Below, one piece after another: positions 54,401 to 62,839 of a DNA stretch of 64,000 nt. Origin of the DNA: Actinomycetota bacterium (lineage in GTDB: Bacteria > Actinomycetota > Acidimicrobiia > IMCC26256 > JACDBD01); NCBI GenBank assembly GCA_046724655.1, contig JBKOWY010000018.1, positions 8,863-72,862 of the forward strand, in the 5' to 3' direction. The notes under the pieces are model-generated. The model was not told the DNA's origin. It saw only the letters and a list, made by a program, of their open reading frames with translations, and ran no database searches. Every line of letters starts with the position of its first letter. Position 1 is the stretch's first letter. The position numbers and the translations under genes are program-made.

Positions 54401-54730
54401 ACCGACCGGGGTGTCGTGACCATCGAGGCGCTGCGCGAGCTGCCGCACCGGAGCGTCGTCGACGTGGCCGGGACCGTCACCCACCGCCAGCAGCCCGACA
54501 CGGCCAAGGGCGTGGTCTTCGTGAACCTCGAGGACGAGACCGGCATGCTCAACGTGATCTGCACCGCCGACGTCTGGCGCCGATACCGCAAGATCGCCCG
54601 CATGTCACCGGCGCTGGTCGTGCGAGGGATGCTCGAGCGCTACCAGGGCGTGATCAACGTCGTCGCCCAACGCATCGAGGACCTCCCGCTCACCTCCGCC
54701 GACCTGGTCCGCTCCCGCGACTTCCGCTGA
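51470..54730 (+). CDS. dnaE2: error-prone DNA polymerase III alpha-like subunit DnaE2 (ImuC)
   Basis: The 1086-aa protein has YAELHCHTNFSFLDGASHPEEL (PHP domain), the pol III alpha core and an OB-fold C-terminus. The start is GTG 51470 or ATG 51485. Confidence 0.93.
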   Translation: MIHDVMGGERGYAELHCHTNFSFLDGASHPEELADEAARLGLAALAVTDHDGLYGVVRFALAARAHGLPTVFGAELTLDAPRTPPNGYADPPGEHLVMLAEGPVGYARLARAVSAAQLAGEKGAPRLDLDALAGAARAPVHLDGSRASSVNDAWFVLTGCRKGAVPLALLDDGPAAARRALDRLVAAFGRDRVLVELWDHGDPLDRHRNDALAEVAAAANVDVIVTNNVHYATPGQRPLATALAAVRARRSLDEIDGWLPAAPFAHLRSAAEQQRRFARWPGAVERTLDIAATCAFDLKLAAPELPDHDVPPGHTEMSWLRELTARGAAVRYPPSHKQHAQAMRQIAYELDVIEELGFPGYFLMLVDIVEFCDRNDIYCQGRGSAANSAVCYALGVTKADAVALGLLFERFLSPERDGPPDIDLDIEHQRREEAIQYVYDKYGRDRAAQVANVITYRPKSALREMAKAAGLSPGHADGLTKWIDRWGRDVGAFDVVKSEGPPVPALVLDLAGQVLDFPRHLGIHSGGMVMADRPLVEFCPIEWARMEDRSVLQWDKDDCAAAGLVKFDLLGLGMLTMLHLAVDLVREHEGTEIDLATIPQEPEVYDLLCAADTVGVFQVESRAQMATLPRLRPRTFYDLVIEVALIRPGPIQGGSVHPYLRRRNGEEPVSYPHPMLESCLEKTMGVPLFQEQLMQMAIDIAGFTPAESDQLRQAMGSKRSHARMAAMRVRLISGMAERGITGATAEELATKFEAFADFGFPESHSVSFAYLVYSSSWIKLHYPAEFACALLNAQPMGFYSPHTIVRDAIRHGVEVLGPDVNASRKDCTLEPRTDDAGPVGHPRPGWHADPSTRAVRMGLRYVRGLADALLDRIDAERERASFTGLEDFTRRTGAPTDAIEALATAGAFDSLGQTRRSALWAAGALRDARPDKLPGLVTGIDAPQLPGMTEVEETAADLWATGLSAGRHPTEFVRERLTDRGVVTIEALRELPHRSVVDVAGTVTHRQQPDTAKGVVFVNLEDETGMLNVICTADVWRRYRKIARMSPALVVRGMLERYQGVINVVAQRIEDLPLTSADLVRSRDFR

Positions 54731-54739
54731 CTCGTTCTT

Positions 54740-54776
54740 GCGTCAACTACGCCCCTAATAGGTGCCTAGTTGACGC
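54740..54776. terminator. 10-bp inverted repeat between convergent dnaE2 and CPBP genes
   Basis: GCGTCAACTA-n17-TAGTTGACGC. The right arm contains the CPBP stop codon, and there is no T-run. Confidence 0.4.
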
Positions 54777-55407
54777 CAAAAGAAAGAAGCACGATCAGCG
54801 ACACGAGTACGAGGGTGATGATCGTGAGGTTGTAGGCCAGGTGGGCGCGGGTCGACTCGAGCAACGCGCCGGTCTGCGAGCGCGTCTCGCGCCAGCCTTC
54901 GAGGTAGCACCACGTCAGGTACAGCCCGCCCATCGACAGCGCCAGCGCGGCGCCGATCGGGATACCGACGACGGCGTGGGCGAGGCCGAACAGCACCGAA
55001 CGGCCGACGTTGGCAACGGTGCCCCGCTGCTCGGCGCCCCGCCGGAACAGCCACTCTTCGCGAGCGACAAGGAGCGGCAGACCGACGATCAGCAACCCGA
55101 TGAAGAACAGCGGGATGACGACCGACACGATCCCGTAGTCCTTCTCGGTGACGCCGACGACCGGGTTGCCCTCGCCGCCGATCACCGTCCACCAGCCGAA
55201 CGAGAGGACGGGCAGCTGGATGAGAACCCATGCCGTCGGAACGATGAGCAGAACGATCGGCACCGCGCGGGCGAAGTGACGCCATCGCAGGCCACGGACG
55301 ACCGAGAGCGTCTTGTCATGGGCTTCGATCGACGAGCGGGCCGCTTCGAACAGCCGCAACCCGACAACCGCCAGCACCGCCACGGTCAAGAGGTCGAGGA
55401 TCGTCAC
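54766..55407 (-). CDS. CPBP-family intramembrane glutamic endopeptidase (CAAX protease-like)
   Basis: The EEWLFRRG and FGLAH motifs lie in a multi-TM protein. Confidence 0.85.
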   Translation of the reverse strand: MTILDLLTVAVLAVVGLRLFEAARSSIEAHDKTLSVVRGLRWRHFARAVPIVLLIVPTAWVLIQLPVLSFGWWTVIGGEGNPVVGVTEKDYGIVSVVIPLFFIGLLIVGLPLLVAREEWLFRRGAEQRGTVANVGRSVLFGLAHAVVGIPIGAALALSMGGLYLTWCYLEGWRETRSQTGALLESTRAHLAYNLTIITLVLVSLIVLLSFGVN

Positions 55408-55503
55408 GGCCCGAGAGTGTTCCCATCGCCGACGGCGCCGTCACCAATTAGGGTGAACCAGCCCCATGGGAACGAGAGCTATGACCGAGCCCCCGAGTAG
55501 CAG

Positions 55504-56736
55504 ATGGTGCGGCCGCCGCGTCTCCTTCGGCGCTTCGTCGCCATTGTTCGCTCCGACCCGTCCGGGGTCGGGGCGGGGTTCGTCGCGCTCCTGCTTTCGT
55601 CGGGTGGGGACCTCCTCGCCGGGCTGACGCTCGGCGCCATCACCGACACGCTGGAGAGTCTGCCCGGCCTCCTCGTGCTCGTGCCGGCAGCGATCGGCAT
55701 GCGCGGCAACATCTTCGGTGCGCTCGGCAGCCGCTTCAGCACGGCCATCCACACCGGCACGTTCCGGGTCTCGCGCCGCCTCGACACCCTCGTCGGCCAG
55801 AACGTCGCCGCGTCGCTCGCGCTGTCGCTGTCGATCTCGCTCGTTCTGGCCGTGCTCGCCAAGGCAGTGTCGGTCGGCTTCGGAGTCGCCAACTCGATCT
55901 CCATCATCGACTTCGTGGTGATCTCGGTCGTCGGCGGGATGTTGTCGTCGATCGTTGTCCTCCTTGTCGTGGTCGTGGTCACCGCGGTGTCCGTGCGCTA
56001 CGACCTCGACCTCGACAACGTCGCGACGCCGATCGTGACCGCCGCCGGCGACATGGTCACGCTGCCCGGCCTGTTCCTTGCCACGTACCTCGTGGGGATC
56101 AACGGGTTCACGCCCGCGGTGGCGGGCGTGTGCGTCGCAGCGGGTCTCGTGGCGCTCGTCATGAGCGTGCGGGCCGGGCTACCGATCCTCCGCAGCATCG
56201 TGCGCGAATCGGTGCCGGTGCTCATCCTGGCGGGCTCGGTTGACGTCATCGCAGGCATCACGATCCAGAAGCGCATCGAATCCTTTCTCGTGTTCCCGGC
56301 GCTGCTGGTCCTCGTGCCGCCGTTCCTCGAGGACTCGGGCGCGCTCGGCGGCATCCTCAGCTCCCGGATCGCAACCAAGCTGCACCTCGGCACCGTGGTC
56401 CTCACCCGCTCGCCGTGGCGCGCCGTGGGCGAGGACATCCTCCTCGTGTACGCGTACGCGTTGCCGGTGTTCTTCCTGCTGGGCGTGTCGGCCGACATCG
56501 TGTCGGCAGTGTTCGACCTGGCCAGTCCGGGTGCCCTGCAAATGATCGGGGTCTCTATGCTGGCTGGCGCATTCGCGACGACCGCTGCCGTCGTCGTCGG
56601 GTACTACGGCGCCGTGGCGACCTACCGGCTCGGCCTCGACCCCGACAACCACGGGATCCCCATGGTCACGTCGAGCCTCGACTTCCTGGGGGCGGTGTCC
56701 CTGATTCTGGCTATCGTGATCCTCGGCCTGAGTTGA
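55504..56736 (+). CDS. MgtE/SLC41-like divalent-cation transporter, membrane domains only (duplicated), no cytosolic MgtE_N/CBS part
   Basis: The 410-aa protein has two similar halves, each with GGDLLAGLTLG.../AGSVDVIAGITIQ..-type helices and PALLVLVPPFLEDSGALGGILSSRIATKLHLG. This was recognised by eye only. Confidence 0.7.
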   Translation: MVRPPRLLRRFVAIVRSDPSGVGAGFVALLLSSGGDLLAGLTLGAITDTLESLPGLLVLVPAAIGMRGNIFGALGSRFSTAIHTGTFRVSRRLDTLVGQNVAASLALSLSISLVLAVLAKAVSVGFGVANSISIIDFVVISVVGGMLSSIVVLLVVVVVTAVSVRYDLDLDNVATPIVTAAGDMVTLPGLFLATYLVGINGFTPAVAGVCVAAGLVALVMSVRAGLPILRSIVRESVPVLILAGSVDVIAGITIQKRIESFLVFPALLVLVPPFLEDSGALGGILSSRIATKLHLGTVVLTRSPWRAVGEDILLVYAYALPVFFLLGVSADIVSAVFDLASPGALQMIGVSMLAGAFATTAAVVVGYYGAVATYRLGLDPDNHGIPMVTSSLDFLGAVSLILAIVILGLS

Positions 56737-56748
56737 GGCCACACCTTG

Positions 56749-57984
56749 ATGGACGAGAAACCCCCGAGAAATCTCAGGGCCATGCTCTCGGAGGCCAAGG
56801 ACGCTTCCGAGCTCATGGTCGACCTCGCCTACGCCGCCCTGTTCTTCGGCGACCTCGCCATGGCCGAGGAGGTCGTCGAGCTCGACGAGCGTCTCGACGG
56901 CCTCGTGCACGAGATGCGCGAGGTGTGCATCCTTGCCGCCCGCTCGCCGCACGACGCCGAGCAGATGTCGAGCGTGCTGCACGTGATCTCCGCCATGGAA
57001 AAGATCGGGAACGCGGCCGTGGACGTGGCACAGATCGTCACGCACCGCTTGGGTATCCCAGCAGCCCTCGTCGCCGACCTCGCCGCCGCCGAGGAGGTCT
57101 CGCACCGCGTCCGGGTACGCGAGGGCTCCGAGCTCGCCGGACGCGCCCTCGCCGACGCCGAGCTCCCGGTCGAAGTGGGGATGCGCGTCGTCGCCATCCG
57201 CCGCGGCAAGGAATGGATCATCGATCCCGACGGCGACGAGGTCATGGTGCCCGACGACATCCTCATCCTGCGCGGCCCGGCCGAGGGCATCGCTGAGCTC
57301 CGCGCGCTCGCCGGCGCCCCCGAGTGGCGACCACCCAGCGTCGAGGAGGATCCGACCATCACCGACCTCGACCGCGCCGTCGATGTGCTCGTCGAGATGA
57401 AGAACATCTCCGAGGTCGGTGTCGGGCTCGCGTATTCGGCGTTGCTCTTCTACGACCAGAGCCTCGCGGCTGAGGTGAGCCATCTCGAAGATCGGCTCGA
57501 CGAGATGCGGGAGCGACTCGAGTTATGGGTGTTGCGGGCCGCCGCCGACCGCATCGACCCGTCGCCGCTGCGCGGCCTCCTGCACCTCGGCAGCTCTTCC
57601 GAGGAGATCGGCGACGCCGCCCGGCAGATGGTGTGGCTCGTGGAGCAGAACGAGGAGGTGCACCCCGTCCTCGGCCTCGCGCTCGGTGACACGGACGAGG
57701 TGATCGCACGCGTGCCGGTGCGCGCCGGTTCGCAGCTCGACGGGAGCACGCTCCACGATGCGAAGATCGAGCTGGAAACCGGTCTGTACGTGCTCGCCAT
57801 CCGGCGGGCCGGCCGGTACATCTACCGGCCTCGCGGTCATGTGCGCCTGGAGGCGGGCGACGAGCTCATCGCGACGGGGCCCGACGAGGGACGGGATCGA
57901 CTCGCCGAGGTGGCGGGCTACCGCGTGCTCGAGGACGACGACACGGGCGAGATCGAGCTCGTCCCGACTTCGGAAACCCGCTAA
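56749..57984 (+). CDS. cytosolic regulator-like protein: 2 x (PhoU-like helical segment + RCK_C/TrkA-C domain)
   Basis: The first half has DLAYAALFFGDLAMAEEVVELDERLD then HRVRVREGSELAGRALADAELPVEVGMRVVAIRRGKEWIIDPDGDEVMVPDDILILRG. The second half has GLAYSALLFYDQSLAAEVSHLEDRLD then ARVPVRAGSQLDGSTLHDAKIELETGLYVLAIRR...LEAGDELIATG. Confidence 0.75.
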   Translation: MDEKPPRNLRAMLSEAKDASELMVDLAYAALFFGDLAMAEEVVELDERLDGLVHEMREVCILAARSPHDAEQMSSVLHVISAMEKIGNAAVDVAQIVTHRLGIPAALVADLAAAEEVSHRVRVREGSELAGRALADAELPVEVGMRVVAIRRGKEWIIDPDGDEVMVPDDILILRGPAEGIAELRALAGAPEWRPPSVEEDPTITDLDRAVDVLVEMKNISEVGVGLAYSALLFYDQSLAAEVSHLEDRLDEMRERLELWVLRAAADRIDPSPLRGLLHLGSSSEEIGDAARQMVWLVEQNEEVHPVLGLALGDTDEVIARVPVRAGSQLDGSTLHDAKIELETGLYVLAIRRAGRYIYRPRGHVRLEAGDELIATGPDEGRDRLAEVAGYRVLEDDDTGEIELVPTSETR

Positions 57985-57998
57985 GGACAAGCAGACGG

Positions 57999-58033
57999 CG
58001 GAGCGAGCGCAGTGAGCGAGGCTCCGTTTTTTT
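57999..58033 (+). terminator. hairpin plus T7 run ending 5 nt before the P-type ATPase start codon
   Basis: CGGAGC-n16-GCTCCG is followed by TTTTTTT (58027-58033). GTG 58038 is the only start upstream of the conserved ATPase N-terminus. Confidence 0.6.
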
Positions 58034-58037
58034 CGAC

Positions 58038-60485
58038 GTGACCGCGCCGCCGCGTACGGGGCAACCGGTTGCGCCCGAACCGGCGTACGAGACCCCGCCG
58101 ACCGGGCTCACCGACGCCGAGGTCCGCGAGCGAGTCGATCGCGGACAGACGAACGCAACCGCCGAGCGCACGAGTCGCACCTACGGCGAGATCCTGCGGG
58201 CGAACATCTTCACCCGCTTCAACGCGATTCTCGGCCCGCTGCTCGTTGTCATCCTCCTGGTCGGTGAGCCGCAGGACGGCCTCTTCGGCATCGTCCTGGT
58301 CAGCAACGCGCTCATCGGCATCGTCCAGGAGATCCGGGCCAAGCGCACCCTCGACCGGCTCGCAGTTCTCAGCGAACCACGCGTGCGCGTCATACGCGAA
58401 GGCGAGGTGCGCGAGGTCGCGGTCGACGACGTGGTGCTCGACGACCTGGTCGAGGTCCGCACCGGCGATCAGATCGCCGCCGACGGTGTTGTGCGGGCGA
58501 CCACGGCGCTGCAGATCGACGAGTCGCTGCTCACGGGCGAGTCCGACCCCGTGGACAAGAACGTGGGCGACCCGGTCTTGTCGGGCAGCTTCGTCGTGGC
58601 TGGCTCGGGACGGTTCCAAGCCACCGCCGTCGGGGACGACGCCTACGCGCGCAAGCTCGCCGCCGAAGCCCGCCGCTTCGCGCTCACGCGCTCCGAGCTC
58701 ATCGACGGCCTCAACCGCATCCTGCGCTACGTGACCTGGGCCATCTTCCCGGTGGCCGTGCTCCTGCTCGTGAGCCAGTACAACGCCAACGATGACTGGC
58801 GCGACGCCGTGACTGCCACCGTGGCCGGCGTTGTCGGCATGGTGCCGCAGGGGCTCATACTCCTGACGAGCATCGCCTTCGGCGTCGCGGCGGTGACACT
58901 CGCGGCCCGCAAGGTGCTCGTCCAAGAGCTCCCGGCGGTTGAGGGGCTGGCGCGGGTCGATGTCGTCTGCTTCGACAAGACGGGCACGCTCACCGATGGG
59001 AGCATCGTCTTCGACAGGGTCGAACGACTCGACGACGATGCACCTGCCGAGGCGGCTCTCGCGGCCCTCGGTGCCGACGAGGATCGCAACGCCACCCTCA
59101 ATGCGATTGCCGAGGCGTTTCCGCCCCACGAGACCTGGGAGCGGACGGCGGCCGTCCCGTTCTCGTCGGCGCGCAAGTGGAGTGCGGCGAGCTTCCGCGA
59201 CCACGGCACCTGGGTGCTCGGCGCACCCGAGTTGGTCTGGCGCGATCGGGACGACGACGTCATGAGGAGGATCGATCAGTTCGCTGCCACGGGTCTGCGC
59301 GTCCTGCTCCTCGCCCGTACCGCCTCGGCGCTCGACGGCGACAACCTGCCGCCCGGACTGCGCCCGGCCGCCCTCGTCCTCCTCGAGGAGCAGCTGCGGC
59401 CGGACGCCCCCGACACCATCGCCTACTTCCAGCAACAGGGCGTCGCACCCAAGGTGATCTCCGGCGACAGCCCGCGCACGGTCGGCGCCGTCGCCGCCCG
59501 AGTGGGGATGCCGCACGCCGACAAACCGTTCGATGGGCGCGATCTCCCCGAAGACCTCGACGAGCTGGGCGCGCTCCTCGAGGAACGCTCCGTTTTCGGC
59601 CGTGTGACTCCCCATCAGAAGCAAGAGATGGTGAAGGCGCTGCAGGCGCGCGGTCACGCGGCCGCCATGACTGGAGACGGTGTGAACGACGCGCTGGCTC
59701 TCAAGCTCGCCGACATCGGCGTCGCCATGGGATCGGGCGCGCCCGCGACTCGGTCGGTCGCGCAGCTCGTGCTCCTCGACGACCAGTTCGCCACGATGCC
59801 GGGCGTCGTGGCCGAGGGACGTCGGGTCACCGCCAACATCGAACGCGTCGCCAATCTGTTCATCACCAAGACCGTCTGGGCGACGCTGCTCGCCATCGCG
59901 GTCGGGATCGCCCTCTGGCCGTATCCGTTCCTGCCCCGACACCTCACGATCATCGACACGCTCACGATCGGCGTCCCGTCGTTCTTCCTGGCCTTGGCGC
60001 CGAACACGCGCCGCTACGTCCCCGGGTTCGTCGATCGGGTGCTGCGGTTCGCGATCCCGGCCGGTGCGCTGGCCGCGATCGTCGGCTTCTCGGCGTTCGC
60101 GGTCGCGCGGCTGAACGATCTTCCGCTGGTTCAGCAGCGAACCGGCGCCACCATCGTGATGCTGATGATGAGTCTGTGTGTGCTGGTGATCCTCGCGGCT
60201 CCGCTGACATGGCGACGAACTCTGCTTGTCGCGCTGATGATCGTGGGCTTTGTGCTCTTGTTCCCTATCCCGTCAGTTCGCGATTTCTACGAGCTCAAGC
60301 TTCCCCGTGAAGTGCTCACCGAGACGCTCGTCATCGGCTTCGTCGGCGTCGCCGTGCTCGCAGGCGGGTGGGAACTGTCGCGGCGGATGAACCGCGGCCC
60401 GGCCGCGGCCGTGAAGGCGGGAACGGCGGGGAGGGCGCCGGCGACGCCGCCCCGCGAGACCGTTACAGCCAGTCGCGCCGCTTGA
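58038..60485 (+). CDS. cation-translocating P-type ATPase (P2/P3-like, Ca2+/Mg2+ type)
   Basis: DKTGTLT, TGDGVNDALAL, TGES and about 10 TM helices are present. Confidence 0.92.
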   Translation: MTAPPRTGQPVAPEPAYETPPTGLTDAEVRERVDRGQTNATAERTSRTYGEILRANIFTRFNAILGPLLVVILLVGEPQDGLFGIVLVSNALIGIVQEIRAKRTLDRLAVLSEPRVRVIREGEVREVAVDDVVLDDLVEVRTGDQIAADGVVRATTALQIDESLLTGESDPVDKNVGDPVLSGSFVVAGSGRFQATAVGDDAYARKLAAEARRFALTRSELIDGLNRILRYVTWAIFPVAVLLLVSQYNANDDWRDAVTATVAGVVGMVPQGLILLTSIAFGVAAVTLAARKVLVQELPAVEGLARVDVVCFDKTGTLTDGSIVFDRVERLDDDAPAEAALAALGADEDRNATLNAIAEAFPPHETWERTAAVPFSSARKWSAASFRDHGTWVLGAPELVWRDRDDDVMRRIDQFAATGLRVLLLARTASALDGDNLPPGLRPAALVLLEEQLRPDAPDTIAYFQQQGVAPKVISGDSPRTVGAVAARVGMPHADKPFDGRDLPEDLDELGALLEERSVFGRVTPHQKQEMVKALQARGHAAAMTGDGVNDALALKLADIGVAMGSGAPATRSVAQLVLLDDQFATMPGVVAEGRRVTANIERVANLFITKTVWATLLAIAVGIALWPYPFLPRHLTIIDTLTIGVPSFFLALAPNTRRYVPGFVDRVLRFAIPAGALAAIVGFSAFAVARLNDLPLVQQRTGATIVMLMMSLCVLVILAAPLTWRRTLLVALMIVGFVLLFPIPSVRDFYELKLPREVLTETLVIGFVGVAVLAGGWELSRRMNRGPAAAVKAGTAGRAPATPPRETVTASRAA

Positions 60486-61452
60486 ACCAGAAGTACAGGA
60501 AGAGCGTGAGCGCGAGCATCGACCCGAGCGCGAACGCATATCCGTACTTCCAGTTCAGCTCGGGAATGCTGTCGAAGTTCATGCCGTAGATCCCGGCGAT
60601 CAGCGTGGACCCGAGCAGGATCGCTCCCCATGAGGTCATGCGCTTCATGACCTGGTTCATGCGGTTCGACACCACCGCGAGGTCGGCCTCGAGCAGGCCG
60701 GTGAGGAGGTCGCGCTGGGTCTCGATCCAGTCCGTGACCCGCAGCACGTGGTCGTACACGTCCTGGAGGTGGACGATCGCCTCGTCGCCGAGGCAGGCGG
60801 CCTCGCGACGTAGCAGTGCCGCCAGCACCTCCCGCAACGGCGCGACCACACGACGGAAGTTGACCATGACGCGGCGGAGGTCGAACACCTCCCTGGGGAT
60901 GTCGTCGCCCTTGGTCACCGAGAACACGATCTCTTCGACGTCGTCGAGCCGGTCGTCGAATTGCTCGGCGATGTTGAAGTAGCGGTCGACGATGACGTCG
61001 AGAAACGCCCAGATCAGGAAGCCTTCGTCGTTGGCCGCCTCGTTCGTCCGCTCCACCTCGAAGCGACGGATCACGGGGTCGAGCTCGAACGGCGCCGGGT
61101 TGTCGGGGTCGTTGCTGGGCTGGCGAACCGACAGCACCCAGCCGTCGCCGAACACGATGTCGATCTCCCTCGTGACGAGTCGCTCCTCGACGAGGAAACA
61201 GTCGTGTACGGCGACGTGGAAGTGCTCTCGGTAGTGCTCGAGCTTCGTGCGCTGGCCGCCTTGGTGAAGGTCCTCGGCGGTAATGTGGCTGATCTGGAAC
61301 TGGGCAGTGAGCGAATCGAGCTCGGCCTCCGTGGGATCGACGCAGTCGACCCAGAGCAGCGTCTTCTCGGGCTCGATCGCCTCCGCGAGCCTGTCGGTCG
61401 GGACCTCTTCATGACCCTCGACCTCGTCCCGGTACAGCCAGGCCCGGATCAT
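60463..61452 (-). CDS. corA: CorA-family magnesium/cobalt transporter
   Basis: The YGMNF (GMN) motif precedes the last TM helix in this 329-aa protein, which starts at ATG 61452. Its 3' end overlaps the ATPase 3' end by 23 nt. Confidence 0.92.
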   Translation of the reverse strand: MIRAWLYRDEVEGHEEVPTDRLAEAIEPEKTLLWVDCVDPTEAELDSLTAQFQISHITAEDLHQGGQRTKLEHYREHFHVAVHDCFLVEERLVTREIDIVFGDGWVLSVRQPSNDPDNPAPFELDPVIRRFEVERTNEAANDEGFLIWAFLDVIVDRYFNIAEQFDDRLDDVEEIVFSVTKGDDIPREVFDLRRVMVNFRRVVAPLREVLAALLRREAACLGDEAIVHLQDVYDHVLRVTDWIETQRDLLTGLLEADLAVVSNRMNQVMKRMTSWGAILLGSTLIAGIYGMNFDSIPELNWKYGYAFALGSMLALTLFLYFWFKRRDWL

Positions 61453-61486
61453 CCGGCAAGCGTAGAGCGCACTGCTTCCGCGAACG

Positions 61487-61508
61487 TAACCTGACTGGCC
61501 GGTCAAGA
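61487..61508. promoter_or_regulatory. AACCTGAC-tggccg-GTCAAGAC, related to the palindrome at 26230-26251
   Basis: Read directly from the sequence, 20 nt upstream of acyl-CoA dehydrogenase ATG 61528, in the corA/ACAD divergent region. Confidence 0.35.
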
Positions 61509-61527
61509 CGCCGGGTACGATCACCAG

Positions 61528-62811
61528 ATGGCCGTCGAAGCACCCGAAGTCACCGGCAAGGATTTGCGCGAACAGACGCTCGCGTGGCTGCGCGACAACC
61601 TGCCGCCGGGGTGGATCGAGGCAGTCGACGCCGGCGACGACGAAAAGGTCGCTGCGTTGCGCCGCGACCTCGACTACGCGGAATGGTGCGTCCGTCTTGG
61701 TGAGGCGGGGTATGCGACCCCGACCTGGCCCAAGGAGTACGGCGTCGGCCTGTCGCTCGCGCCGGGTGAGGCGAAGGTCGTCAACGAGCTCCTCGGGCAC
61801 TACAAGGTCCCGCGGCCGTTCAACATCATCGGCCTCGGGATGGGCGGCCCGACCGTCATCACCTGGGGCAGCGAGGAGCAGAAGCAGCGCCTCCTGCGGC
61901 CGCTGGCGACGAACCAGGAGATCTGGTGCCAGATGTTCAGCGAGCCCGGCGCGGGGTCGGACGTCGCCGGGTTGTCGACCCGGGCCGTCCGCGACGGCGA
62001 CGAGTGGGTCGTCAACGGCCAGAAGGTGTGGACCTCACTCGCCCATCTCGCGAAGTGGGGGATGTTGCTCGCCCGCACAAACCCCGACGTACCGAAGCAC
62101 AAGGGGATGACGTATTTCGTCGTCGACATGCAGGCTCCTGGCGTCACGGTGCGACCGCTCGTACAGATCACGGGTGATGCCGAGTTCAACGAGGTGTTCT
62201 TCGACAACGTGCGCATTCCGGACTCCATGCGCCTCGGCCCCGAGGGGGATGGCTGGCGCGTTGCAGTCACCACGCTCATGAACGAGCGGGTTTCGCTGTC
62301 AGGCGCGGGCTCGGTGAGCGGCGACACGATCGGCGGAAGCTCAGTGACGCGACTCATCGACCGGCACCGCGGGACCACGGACGCCAGCGCGCGGCAGCGC
62401 CTGGCGCAGGCTTACATCGAGGGTCGTCTCATCCGTCTCAACAACGAGCGCGCGGCGGCGAAGCGCAAGAGCGGCGCCGAGGCCGGGCCCGAAGGCTCGA
62501 TCACCAAGCTCATGTCGGCCGAGTTCAATCAACGGCTGCAGAAGCTGGCCATGGACCTCGAGGGCGTCGGCGGAGTGGCGTGGGCGGGTGGAGAGGCACG
62601 CCCGCGTGGCGGAGGTCGTCCGACCTGGCTCGATGACGACGACGACCACGCCTCGGTCGCCCGCGGTTTCCTGCGGGCGCAGGCGAACACGATCGAGGGC
62701 GGGACGTCCGACATCATGCGCCACATCCTCGGCGAGCGTGTTCTCGGCCTTCCCAAGGAGCCCGACCCTTCGCGCGACACCCCATGGAAGGACGTCCCGC
62801 GCTCCGGATAG
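61528..62811 (+). CDS. acyl-CoA dehydrogenase family protein (FadE-like)
   Basis: CQMFSEPGAGSDVAGLSTRAVRDGDEWVVNGQKVWTS and TIEGGTSDIMRHILGERVLGLP match the family. Confidence 0.9.
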   Translation: MAVEAPEVTGKDLREQTLAWLRDNLPPGWIEAVDAGDDEKVAALRRDLDYAEWCVRLGEAGYATPTWPKEYGVGLSLAPGEAKVVNELLGHYKVPRPFNIIGLGMGGPTVITWGSEEQKQRLLRPLATNQEIWCQMFSEPGAGSDVAGLSTRAVRDGDEWVVNGQKVWTSLAHLAKWGMLLARTNPDVPKHKGMTYFVVDMQAPGVTVRPLVQITGDAEFNEVFFDNVRIPDSMRLGPEGDGWRVAVTTLMNERVSLSGAGSVSGDTIGGSSVTRLIDRHRGTTDASARQRLAQAYIEGRLIRLNNERAAAKRKSGAEAGPEGSITKLMSAEFNQRLQKLAMDLEGVGGVAWAGGEARPRGGGRPTWLDDDDDHASVARGFLRAQANTIEGGTSDIMRHILGERVLGLPKEPDPSRDTPWKDVPRSG

Positions 62812-62839
62812 TCGCGGCCGAACGGGGTGCGCAGCACCG

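Noticed and set aside
55408-55503. Possible Mg2+ (M-box) riboswitch upstream of the MgtE-like gene. An 8-bp inverted repeat GTTCCCAT...ATGGGAAC encloses about 38 nt.
   Set aside because: The region is only about 95 nt, far shorter than an M-box, and I could not recognise its conserved cores. It may be a simple structured leader, and the evidence is insufficient.
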